Assembly (NCBI RefSeq): GCF_006345805.1
Contig: NC_042997.1
Span: 54,250,001-54,314,000, forward strand
DNA length: 64,000 bases
Reading direction: 5' to 3'
DNA from: Octopus sinensis
Lineage: Eukaryota
The translations under genes and the position numbers were made by a program. Below are positions 53,801 through 64,000 of the stretch, piece after piece. How positions within the stretch are numbered: position 1 is the first letter of the stretch; each line of letters begins with the position of its first letter. The notes beneath the pieces were generated by a model. The model saw only the letters and a program-made list of their open reading frames with translations, had not been told where the DNA came from and did not search any database.

Positions 53801-56800
53801 TGCAGCTTCTTTTATTTTTAAAACCTTTATTTTTCTTTCTTAAATCCTCTCCTTCAATTATTCATACATCAAAATTGCCAGGAGTGACCATCATTATTAT
53901 GATCATAGTTGAGGGAGAGAAAAAAATAGAATTCAATGGATATAGTCTGAAGATTTAGTATAAGGAGAGTATTTATCAGTTTTTATGATTGCTACCAAAT
54001 ATAGGACCAGTATTCTTTGTGGTGTTTATTTCTCTTTCTTTTACATGTTTCCTCTTTATAGGAGTAAAGTATATTATAGAACATTTTATTTATTTTTAAG
54101 TATTGTTGTAGTAAGCAAGGATAAAAGTTATCAAGCATTTTTTCTAGATACTACAGCCACTAAACAATATGTATATGAATGAGATAGCTTGTAGTAAAAT
54201 TTTCACATACTATTCATATTATTTAACATCTGCTCATAATAATAAAGCAATGTCAAAAAGTGCAAGCATGCCTGTTTCATTGTAAATAGAATTTTGCTCT
54301 GTTGACCTCACTAGTGAAATTAACTTGAATTATGCATTTTTTTTAATATAATAAAGGCAAGGCTGCTTAATGACTAACTCCATCCTGCTGACAATGAAAC
54401 ACACATTATCATGTTAGAACATTAAATCTAAAGGGGAACTAAAAGTATTCAATTATTTTTGCATGAGTCCCTTAGAAAATTCAGTTACTATATTTCATAA
54501 GTGTCTATTTTACCAGTTGCTAACTTCCTATAGCTGCTCCTCATTTTCAAAGATGAATGATGAATAAGCTCATACTTGTTTTGTAGAAGTTAACTATATT
54601 TTGTCTTCTTTTCCTTTCTTCCGCCTCTCTCTCTCTCTCTCTCTCTCTCTTTTGGTGTGTCTTCCACTTGATAAAAGTGACTACTTTTCATCATCAGTAT
54701 TGTTGATATCATCATCACCCACCTGTTTAATATCCGGTGTTTTTTTTTTTTTGGCGGGGGGAGGTCAAATCTGAAAAAATTTGGTAAACCACAACAGATT
54801 TTGAGAGCAGTTAAGCTAATTCAAACTTATGGAAGAAAGTTTCTTGTACCACTGGCTGGACAACTGAACCAAAAAGCTGTACTTTTTAATGTTTCACAAA
54901 CATTGCTTTATACTCCTGAGAAAAAAAAAAGATCATTTATTAAATGATTAGGTATCATTATGGATGTTACTTTCAATGTGTATTAAAGCAAATGTTAGAA
55001 ATTTCATAATCATCAACAGGCATTGCTGTGTGGTTGAAATTTTTACTTCTGGACCACATAGCTTTGAGCTCAGTCACACTGTGTGACACCTCTTGGGTCA
55101 CATGGTGGGACTTCTCTTGCAGCCCCTGGTTAACTTAAAGCCTTATGAGTGAATATAGCTGATAGAAACTAAAAGAAGCTTGTGGTGTGTGTGTGTCCTT
55201 ACTATTACAAGCAGTGTCATTTGTTTCCAGTCTTCAGTGGAAAGCATGTCGCACCATAAGGAAATATTACTTTGCTTGAAAACAAGTGAGGTGCTGACAA
55301 CAGGAAGGGCATCCAGGTGTAGATAATCTGCTTCAATGAATTTTGCTTAATCTGTGCAAGACGGAAAAGTGGACATTAAAACTATGACGATGATGACAAT
55401 GACAGGTGATGATGGCAACAATGATGATGATGATGATGAGGACGATGAAAGCAATGATGGCAGCAATCTATATTACAATGGATAGAAGAAATAAACACAT
55501 AAAAACTGTTAAATAATTTGTATGTCATTTGGGTTGTTATATTTCAAATAATGTGAATATATTACAATTCTTGATTTTAGGAAAAACATGTGCAGGTCAG
55601 AGAACAATTGTGAAACGTTAGGTAAGTTCTATCTCTTATTAAGCTTAACCCTTTCTTTTAGTATGCCAAGTTTACTTATTTAAAAAATGTTAAAAGCTTA
55701 TTATCTTATTTTCCATATTACTTAAATATAGCGATGTACTTGCATAGCAAGTGACCTGATCTGAGATCGTGTGCTGAAATGAAAACAATTGCAGCGGGGA
55801 AGGTGTTTATAAGCCATTTAAGAAACACACAAAAGCCGTTAGATTCACTTCAACATTTAAATTTAATTTGTCAAAATATTTTCGTCACTTTGAGACCGCA
55901 ACCAGTTCACTGACAAAATTCCATGCTGTTTACTTAAATATAATTAACATGAAATTACTAGCGTTACTCTTTGAATTATTTTCCGGGTCTCCCATTGCTT
56001 ACAGTTCTTATCTGCAGTGGATAATGGTAGCACCACCATTGTTTATACTAGATAGTTATAAACTATTTCTTGCTAACCAAGTGATGCCATTATCTATCAA
56101 AGTATATATTTTTTTGTTTTATGTAACTTCAGTCATACTTATAGAAAATGAAGAAAGTGAGAGTTAAAAGGATATATCTGAAATAATGCTGACATTTCAC
56201 TAACTCTGTCAAGTATTGTGAATTGCTTATAAGAGCATACTTAACGAGAGAGATGAGCACACAATATTAAAAGAAACATGACACAAGCAAATCCAAAGAC
56301 ACAGTGTCTGGTTATACTTCAATCATCATCATCAACGTTTAACGTCCGTTTTCCATGCTAGCATGGGTTGGACGGTTCGACTGGGGTCTGGGAAGCCAGG
56401 AGGTTGCACCAGGCTCCAGTCTGATCTGGCAGTGTTTCTACAGATGGATGCCCTTCCTAACGTCAACCACTCCATGAGTGTAGTGGGTGCTTTTTACATG
56501 CCACTGGCATGGATGCCAGTCAAGGTGACGCTGGCATCAGCCACGTTCGGATGGCGATTTTTACGTGCCACTGGCACGGGTATCATGATTATAATTTCCA
56601 TTTGACTTTTATTTTGATGTTGATGTATTTGACTCGATAGGTTTCCTCAATCACAGCAGGTTGCCCTACAATTCAAGGAAAGCACAGCAGGCCGTCGTGC
56701 GAGCCATGAACTCACTTCATTTGTCAGGTCTTCGCAGTCACAGCATATCTCCAGAGGTCTCGGTCTTTCATCATTGCCTCTGTGAGGCCCAACATTTGAA

Positions 56801-59800
56801 GGTCATGCTTGACCACCTCATCCCATGTCTTTCTGGGTCTACCTCTACCCCAGATTCCTCCAATTGTTTGGGAGTAGCACTTCTTCACACATTTCTCCTC
56901 ATCCATCCATAGTACATGACCATACCAATGCAAACGTCTCTCTTGCACACCACATCCGATGCTTCTTATGTCCAACATTTCTCTCAGGACACTTACACTC
57001 TGTCATGTGTGCACACTGACGTTACACATCCAGTGGATCATGCTAGCTTCGTTTCTTTCGAGCCTATGCATGTCCTCTGCAGTCACGGCCCATGTTTCAC
57101 TGCCGTGAAGCATGGCAGTTCACACACATGCATCGTACAATCTACCTTTCACTTTGAGTGAGAGAACCTTTGTCACCAGTAGGTGTAGAAGCTTTCTAAA
57201 CTTTACCCAGGCTATTCTTATTCTAGTGGTAACACTCTCTGAGCATCCATCCCACTACTAACTTGGTCACCTAGGTAGCAGAAGCACATAAAAGTTACCT
57301 TCTCGGTTAATTTTCCTTTGATGTTGCTGCACCTCTTATGTGTCCATAGCTTACACTAGGTACATCTTATGGAGTTTCTACCTACACTTTTTCTACAGAT
57401 CAGGCAGGGCCACCTACCTGAGTGGGTGTGTGATGAGTTCACCTTCCTACTTATTAGAACTTTGGTCTTTGCTACATTGACTCTTTTGATTCTAAACCTA
57501 GGTTCCACACCCGAAATTTCTTTTCTAATTCCGGTAGTGATTCTAAATGTTAATAATAATCCTTACTACTATAGGCATAGGTACAAGGCCTGAAAAAATG
57601 TGGAGGGTTGGGGTGGGAGTTATAAGGTAGGTGGGGCTAATCAATTACATCAACCTCAGTGCTCAACTGGTACTTTTTTTTATTGGCCCTGAAAGGATGA
57701 AAGGCAAAATTGACCTTGGCAGAATGTGAATTCTAACATGAAGCTGGAAGAAATGTTATGAAACATTTTGTCTGGCATGCTAATAACTTGCCATCATAGT
57801 ATTAATGATATATACATACATATATGTATATACATATGTTACAGAGGCCTATTGAAAGAAAGTTGAGCATAAGAGGAATTAGCTGCAGCTTGCAAGAGAG
57901 AAGACTGCACTGGTTTGGTCATGTGATGCATATGGATGTAGACAATTGCATACAGAAGTGCCAATCACTTAAAGTGGATAGAACTTGTGGAAGAGGGAGA
58001 CCCAGGAAGACATGGGATGAAGTATTGAAGGCCGATCTCAAAACACTGAGTCTTCTGAAGGAGATGACAAAGGACAAGATATCTGGTGTTTTGTTGTACT
58101 CAAGAAGACTTGCCTGCCACTGTGGAATTGATAATGATGCTGGTGCCACATAAAAAGCACTGGTACTGGTGCCATTTTAAAAGCATTGGTGCTGGTGTCA
58201 CATAAAAAGCACCCAGTACACTTTGTGGAATGGTTGGTATTAGGAAGAGCATCCAGCCATAGAAACCATGCCAGAATAGATAATGGAGCCTGGTGTGATC
58301 TCTGGCCTCACCATCTTTGGTCAAGCCATCCAACCCATGCCAGCAATGAAAAAGGAGGTTAAATGATGATGATGATGACGATGACGATAGGCATAGGTAT
58401 GACTATGTGGTTAAGAAGCTTGCTTCCCAACCACATGTTCCAGCATCAGTCCCACTGCATGACACCTTGGACAAGTCTTATCTACAGCAGTCCCAAGCCA
58501 ACTAAAGCCTTGTAGAGAGTTTGTTGGACATAGTGTGAGATGACTGTTATTATCATTAGGCCTAACTCATTGTAAAGTAAATACCACCATGACTGATATC
58601 CATACTAGAGTGGAAAAGGCTAGCCACTGGATTTGGTTAAAAAGAGACGAGGAGCGATGGCTAGAAGAATATTGAGCTTTATTTTGATAACCAGTTGATC
58701 TAGCAAGTGGGACCTATCAGTGAGAGGAGCTGGTGTGCATTGATGCTGTCGAGGTAGGCCCCAAAACAGCACACATTCTCTCCTGATGACCCCATACACT
58801 TGCTAGCTTTCAGTATTCAGAGCCCTCGACTGGTAGCACTTGCATGTGAAAGTTGTTTGCAAAACATCTACTCATCTCCATGTGACAATGTAAACAACTT
58901 GAAGGTAATAGGACCCAAAGTTTAGCTAAGCAGGTTTTATGCGTGATACAAGCTGTGTAACAAACATTGTTTTAGCTATGAAACTTTTGTAGTCATTATT
59001 TACCTTTTCTATTCTTTACATTCTTAGATTTTTACTCACATATTAAGCAACTTTAGTTGCTAAACTGGTAATTGTACAGTGACTGTCAGCTTATCAAAAT
59101 TTCCTTTGATTTCAATATGTGATGAAGCATATAACAATGATAAATATACTCTCTTCATCCGATGTTGTCCACTTTTTGTAATCTATACTTACTGTATACA
59201 ACATTATAGATTGGTAGCAATGAAGCCACAGAAACAGTCGACTGAATGCCTTTAGTATTTAGAATTTTCTGTTTATACTCTGGGATTGTAATATGGTGAC
59301 TTTTACCTTTCATAATCCCAGGACCCAGGATCAATAAAATAAGCATTAGTTGATTTTATCAATAGACCTTCATTTAAAATTTTGTGTTTCTTTGTCAAAT
59401 AAATAAATAAATAAATGCTGTTAAAAAGCAAAATTGCTGCTTAGTAAAGAAAAGTACTGAACTGTGAAGATTCCACTGTCTGTACCATTTTCCTCCAACC
59501 CACAATTATTTTACGAATCACACTTTTAATAATCTTTTATGTAGGTTTGGCTGAACTTGGGACTATGTGTGATATGAAAAGAAACTGTGCTATTATTCAG
59601 GATAATGGTCTTGGTTCAGCTTATACTATTGCCCATGAGTTGGGGCACTTGTAAGTATTTGCTTTCAATTCAGCTTACATTATTAAAAATCATGAACAGG
59701 TAACTATTCTTTTAAAGTAAGGAAATATATGTTGTTGTTATTATTATTATTATTATTGATTTTTGTCTGTTAGATACATGTGATTAAGTTTATAAAACAA

Positions 59801-60060
59801 TTTAAAAATTTCCATGTAACTAATCTTATTTCTTATTTGTGTGTGGGTGGGGAGGGTGTCTTAAGCAGAAAAACAGAACTCAAAAATATGAATATATATA
59901 TATTTTTAGTTAATCAGCAGAAGTTACAAATTGACTGAAAGGTTGAGAGTTTCATGCATTGGCACTTATCACAAAGCCTTCAGCATGGAACTCTCAGCCC
60001 TTGAGTTACTTTGTAACTTCTGCCAATTAAAGTGTATATGTGTATGTATATATATATATG

Positions 60061-60125
<65 letters not shown>

Positions 60126-63039
60126 TCATCATCATCATTGTTTTAACATCTACTTTTTCATGCTTGCATGTCATCGTCAACCATCATCATCATTTTATAT
60201 CCACTTTCCATGCCAGCACAAGTTTGATGGGTCATCACTATCTGAATCAGTTCTTATTCAGAATTACTGCCCTCCTAATTGGGTCAGGGGACCAAGTTTC
60301 ACTGCACATTTTATCGTGTTACCAACACTAAAGAGATTAGCATGTTCTCAATAATCTCACAAGAAAAGTACATTATATAAATATATATATCATCATCATC
60401 ATCATCATCGTTTAACGTCCGCTTTCCATGCTAGCATGGGTTGGACGGTTCAACTGGGGTCTGGCAAGCCCGAAGCTGCACCAGGCCAGTCAGATCTGGC
60501 AACCGATGATGATGATGATGATGATATATATATTTATATAATGTACTTTTCTTGTGAGATTATTGAAATTTTGCATCAAAAATAAAGGTTTTTCTGTTTA
60601 AACCTCATCTCAAAAATTTGCATATGTGATCATAATTATTCTGATTGTCTTCATTATCACCATTATAATCATTATGATATTTCAACAAACAGAAAGATGA
60701 TTATATTGCTTGTGATGGTGTTGAATAATGATACAAATTCTAATGAAGGTGAAGGTTACTGTTGCTCTTAAGGATAATAATAATGATGAGGATGTTGGTT
60801 GTAATAGTGTTTGATGTCTTGGTTTTTGAAGTGTTTTCATTTTTTATTCACCTCTTATGTTCCCCAGATTTAACTTACCTCATGATGACAGTGACAAATG
60901 CCAACAGATTACTTCTGTCAGTGACCAAAGTAGCCATGGTACATACCATATCATGTCCCCAACATTAGATTACGATTCCAGTGGATGGCTTTGGTCAGAT
61001 TGCAGTGCAGTTCTTCTCACCAAATTTATTGAGTATGTGAAAAATTATTTGATTTTGAAGTATGTGTGATTTTATGTATGTGTGTTCGTTTTCGTATGTG
61101 TACGTCAGTATTTGTGTGCCTTATAATGGACATGCATGCATCAGAGTATGGGAAAGTGTTTTAAAATGGAGTTGTTTCAATTTGTCTTTTATCGTTAAAA
61201 TTTTTAATACTCTTAATAAATTCTTTCTTCGATAATATTTTCAAAATTGAAAGATTTAAATTTGATAATTTATTGAAAAAAAAAATTTATATCCTCGAAT
61301 TTGTGAAAATGTTGTGTACTCCAAGGAAACCATGGACCTCTTTATTTGTAATGGTTTCTCCATGGATTATCTCCCTTACAACGGAATCCATCAAGGATGA
61401 AAATCAGCTTTCAGAAAGACATTTAAGCTTGATATAAAACAGGAATTATGTTTAGTATATGTTGTTGTATAGCCTATATTGATCCTGACCGAGTAAATCT
61501 CTTTTGTCCTTCTTTTTTTTTTGCATATTATGTGGTCTTGTAGTTTTATATTTTGAAGGCAATTAGACCACCTTATTAGTTTCTATTTAGCTATCCATTT
61601 ATAATGATCTCCATTGAAATATCACTATCTCTGTCATCATAGGGTCCTAATTTTAATAAATTTTTCTAAATCTGTAATTAGTCCTGAAATTCCTAAATGG
61701 AATCATTACATCATTAATACTCTTACCTGACTATCTCTCCATATCTCTGCTATAATAATCCTAAAATATTATTTTAGCATTACAAATTATTATTCCTTAA
61801 CTCCGAGAATATTTTATGAGTATTGAGCTCATTTCTGATTAAGAGGTAATTATTCTTTAAATTAAATATGTCAGATTTACTACTTTATATGTTTGCATTG
61901 CTCACTGAAAATATAAAATATCATTCCAGTTATGTGGAAACGTTCTTTATATTTATTTATCAATCCTTATTTACTTTCAGTTTAGACTATGCAGAATGTC
62001 TCCTAAATAAACCATTTACCAAAAAGTATCAAAGATTTCGTTCAAGAGAAAAGTATCTTCCACCTGGACTAAAATATGATGTAGACACTCAATGCCGTCT
62101 GGCATTTGGGCGAAATTCATACAGTTGTCCAACAAGAACAAGTGTGAGTTCATCTACAGTTGGCTTTTATTATTGTTTTATTTTTTATTGATGCATTTAT
62201 AATTGTCGGAGCTCTGAAATATTGTCATAATTGTTTGTAATTATACTGAGATGAAGTTGTTTGGCATACGCTTGCATTAAAGTATAACATTTTAAAACAT
62301 CTCAAGTTTCTTAAATGAAAGGAAACTATTTAAACAATCGTCTAAGTTCAATGTTTGATTGCAAAAAGTTTGAAAGAAATGAGTATAAGATCCATTTCTT
62401 CATTGAGTGATGTCAAATATATGTAGACTCTGCTACAACGTAATTAAACTTACTTTAACGACTTATTACTGTTGATATAAAAAAAAAAGTTGTGTTTCTG
62501 ATATTTGAAATAAATGACTTTTTAACTTCATTTGCTAGAAATTTTAAGAATTCTTAATCTTTTCTGATATCAATTCTTTTCAAACTGTATTTCATTAGTT
62601 TGCATGTTCCCGTTTATGGTGTATTGGAGACACAGAGGAAACTTGTCACTCTGAGAATTTTCCATGGGCTGATGGAACACCTTGTGGTGCAACAAAGGTA
62701 ATTTTTCTTCCTTGTTTCCCTTTTATATTCAGGATTATTTTCCCACAATGAAAATACATATATTTTATATATAACTTGGAAAGACTATCACTTTTAATTT
62801 TGGAAATTGTCAAAAAAGAAAAAAAATTCTTCATATATTTACTAACTATAATTTTAAAGCAACAAATGGTCTAACAGATTTTTTTTATTGCTACAGTGGT
62901 GTCAAAATGGTGCTTGTGTTATAAAAAGACACTTTGAAAAAGTTGATGGTAACTGGGGCAAGTGGAGTGAATATGATGAATGTACCTTTTCCTGTGGTGG
63001 TGGCATAAAGAAATCAAAGCGTGAATGTAATAACCCCAT
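32705..63039 (+). CDS. ADAMTS9: ADAMTS metalloprotease, ADAMTS9/ADAMTS20/GON-1 type; partial gene, 10 exons in window (5' exons not identified, 3' exons beyond window)
   Basis: Exons 32705-32855, 49145-49350, 49821-49904, 51859-51980, 55581-55621, 59545-59650, 60868-61032, 61981-62143, 62599-62697 and 62897-63039 all have AG/GT boundaries and compatible phases (end phases 1,0,0,2,1,2,2,0,0,2). They join into one ORF with RHKR, HELGHLFNLPHD, a Met-turn, WADGT and a TSP1 WxxW/CGGG motif. The ADAMTS9 versus ADAMTS20 name is not resolvable in an invertebrate. Confidence 0.93.
33591..33978. mobile_element. Probable TTAA-flanked piggyBac-like MITE
   Basis: TTAA CCCT ... AGGG TTAA; the TIR match beyond 4-5 bp is weak. 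Confidence 0.45.
35516..35746 (-). mobile_element. SINE family B nested inside a family A SINE, 16-bp TSD
   Basis: ttctgtagacataacc at 35500-35515 and 35747-35762; the host SINE head starts at about 35385. Confidence 0.9.
36180..36574 (-). mobile_element. SINE family A, full length
   Basis: Reverse complement of the 8038-8430 type. Confidence 0.85.
41730..41943 (-). mobile_element. SINE family B with a 15-bp TSD
   Basis: atgtatggtaatatt at 41715-41729 and 41944-41958. Confidence 0.88.
42310..42735 (-). mobile_element. SINE family A, young full-length copy
   Basis: Very similar to the reverse complement of 8038-8430. Confidence 0.9.
43920..44620 (+). mobile_element. HERO-type non-LTR retrotransposon 3' end (restriction-like endonuclease domain and 3' UTR)
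   Basis: WEVTTDLPG...FP, a decayed [27 protein letters not shown], and [20 protein letters not shown]. Confidence 0.75.
46124..46587. mobile_element. MITE-like element with ~118-bp diverged terminal inverted repeats
   Basis: 46124-46241 aligns to the reverse complement of 46468-46587 at roughly 80% identity by eye. Confidence 0.75.
47585..48300 (+). mobile_element. Possible highly decayed Tigger/pogo transposase
   Basis: [11 protein letters not shown] resembles a CENP-B-type HTH and LKNLEVVY resembles the segment before PPNTT; weak. Confidence 0.35.
49145..49350 (+). CDS. ADAMTS exon: furin site RHKR and start of the catalytic domain ([32 protein letters not shown])
   Basis: ttttcag acceptor, ATG|gtaag donor, 206 nt (phase 1 to 0). 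Confidence 0.95.
49821..49904 (+). CDS. ADAMTS exon: [28 protein letters not shown]
   Basis: tttttcag acceptor, GAG|gtaagt donor, 84 nt. Confidence 0.95.
50790..51260 (+). mobile_element. Old RTE ORF C-terminal fragment
   Basis: [19 protein letters not shown] and a decayed [11 protein letters not shown]. Confidence 0.6.
51859..51980 (+). CDS. ADAMTS exon: [20 protein letters not shown]...HHDAAILLT(R)
   Basis: tattttag acceptor, AG|gtatgt donor, 122 nt; contains the FCxWQ and HDxAILLTR motifs. Confidence 0.95.
52970..53799 (+). mobile_element. RTE/BovB-like LINE 3' part with a C-terminal C2H2 zinc finger
   Basis: [42 protein letters not shown] and [21 protein letters not shown], with frameshifts. 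Confidence 0.88.
55581..55621 (+). CDS. ADAMTS 41-nt exon: (R)[13 protein letters not shown](G)
   Basis: gattttag acceptor, G|gtaagt donor; matches the DxC...CxTLG motif and the phases fit both neighbours. Confidence 0.93.
55867..55917 (-). ncRNA. Hammerhead-shaped fold with a variant core (G3-C8 covariation, U at position 9)
   Basis: The - strand reads tttgtca GTGAACT g gttgc-ggtctcaaa-gtgac GAAA atatt t tgacaaa. Confidence 0.35.
56320..57520 (-). mobile_element. 5'-truncated RTE (RT end, PHD, ORF end, 3' UTR, tail)
   Basis: Same family as 3078-5480; links the (CAT)n-tailed repeats to the RTE ORF. Confidence 0.9.
57850..58390 (+). mobile_element. 5'-truncated RTE with (GAT)n tail
   Basis: [12 protein letters not shown]...[17 protein letters not shown], followed by the UTR and tail. 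Confidence 0.85.
58511..58868 (+). mobile_element. Second HERO-type 3' end, fused to a SINE head
   Basis: Aligns with about 44250-44618. Confidence 0.8.
59545..59650 (+). CDS. ADAMTS exon: [34 protein letters not shown](L)
   Basis: ttttatgtag acceptor, TT|gtaagt donor; first half of the zinc-binding motif. Confidence 0.97.
60348..60566. repeat. Perfect 63-bp inverted duplication enclosing 93 bp of RTE 3' end
   Basis: 60348-60410 is the exact reverse complement of 60504-60566. Confidence 0.95.
60868..61032 (+). CDS. ADAMTS exon: [11 protein letters not shown]...HIMSPTL...[15 protein letters not shown](D)
   Basis: ttccccag acceptor, GA|gtatgt donor; contains the third zinc-binding His, the Met-turn and WSxCS. 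Confidence 0.97.
61981..62143 (+). CDS. ADAMTS exon: [11 protein letters not shown]...[28 protein letters not shown]
   Basis: tactttcag acceptor, AGT|gtgagt donor; end of the catalytic domain and start of the disintegrin-like domain. Confidence 0.95.
62599..62697 (+). CDS. ADAMTS exon: [33 protein letters not shown]
   Basis: ttcattag acceptor, AAG|gtaatt donor; LWC and WADGT motifs. Confidence 0.95.
62897..63039 (+). CDS. ADAMTS exon: WCQNGACV...[32 protein letters not shown] (start of TSP1 repeat 1)
   Basis: ttgctacag acceptor, AT|gtaagt donor; TSP1 motif DGxWxxWS...CxxSCGGG. Confidence 0.96.
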
Positions 63040-64000
63040 GTAAGTAATGTGCTGCAATGTTTTAATAATAATAATAATAAAAACATTGTGTACAGTGCTC
63101 AGGTGCACTACAACTCATCTGAAGTGTATGTATAATCAGGTGTAGTTTCGGCGGATTTCGGAAAGCATGAGGGCCTTAAAGGATGCAGTGCCATGGCAGT
63201 CAGCAACTTTACTTCAAATGTTCTGAAAAATGTAACAATTATTTTACCAATTTTCTACAGCTGATTTTCTGAGATAATTTACTCATTTTTAAAGAATGTT
63301 TATTATAAACATTCCAAGAACATCTTTCCTTTTTAGTTTCTAAATACTACATATGTGAGATATTGGCTGAACAGTGTAGCATATTTGACTTTCAACTGTG
63401 AATTTATATTGCCTGTAGATATTTTATTCTGTTTTTAACGCAAAAATATTTAACCTATACTTTATAACTGGATAAGCACCAGGTCTTCTGTGAGGCTAGT
63501 TCAAGAAATTATTAGTATTCTGTTCAAAATATTTATCACATTAATTTATGCTGTAGGAAATGTTATTATGTATTTGTATTAAGGATATCAATGATCATAA
63601 AATGGTTAACATCATACAAGTCTGTCCTATGCAAACATGGGGAAAAAATCACAGGCATAAAATGATAATAAGTTGAAAAATAAGACAGAGTACAATCAAT
63701 AAATTATATGAGATTCGCTTCAGTTATTACTGTATACACAACCTTATTAATAAGCCATTATATGGATAGTAATTATGAATATCTCAAAATAATACATCTT
63801 TACAATATTTTTTGTGGTATTGTCTCATAAAATACTAATTTATACTTTAATGAAAAACTAGTTAAAAGAAAAGATATAGAATTATCATATGCCTAGAATT
63901 TAGTAACTGAGCTGCAGCAGATAATATCAAGGATAATTTATTGAATCTTAAATTATTTTTAACTGTGGTACTCTAAGTTCTAGATAAAGCTATAAATAAT

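Overview
AT-rich eukaryotic genomic DNA, heavily loaded with repeats. The SINE families, RTE LINEs with (GAT)n tails and long TA/CA microsatellites look like an Octopus genome; this is recognition from memory, not a search. I found one host gene, an ADAMTS metalloprotease of the ADAMTS9/20/GON-1 type on the + strand. Ten GT-AG exons between 32705 and 63039 splice by hand into one open frame of 1280 nt (426 codons + 2 nt). They cover the end of the prodomain, an RHKR furin site, the catalytic domain (HELGHLFNLPHD, Met-turn HIMSPTL), the disintegrin-like domain and the start of TSP1 repeat 1. I did not find the signal-peptide or early-prodomain exons, and the 3' exons lie beyond the window. The rest is intronic or intergenic DNA holding decayed RTE and HERO-type non-LTR elements, DD37D (maT) Tc1/mariner fragments, a hAT transposase fossil with nested insertions, TTAA-flanked MITEs, many tRNA-derived SINEs and six large fold-back inverted repeats. 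The most notable finding is a near-intact minimal type I hammerhead ribozyme on the - strand (18322-18418) with a palindromic stem III, as in Penelope-like elements. A decayed relative lies at about 19.8 kb, and a hammerhead-shaped fold with a covaried G3-C8 core lies at 55.9 kb. Repeat boundaries are approximate (tens of bp); exon and inverted-repeat coordinates were counted by hand.
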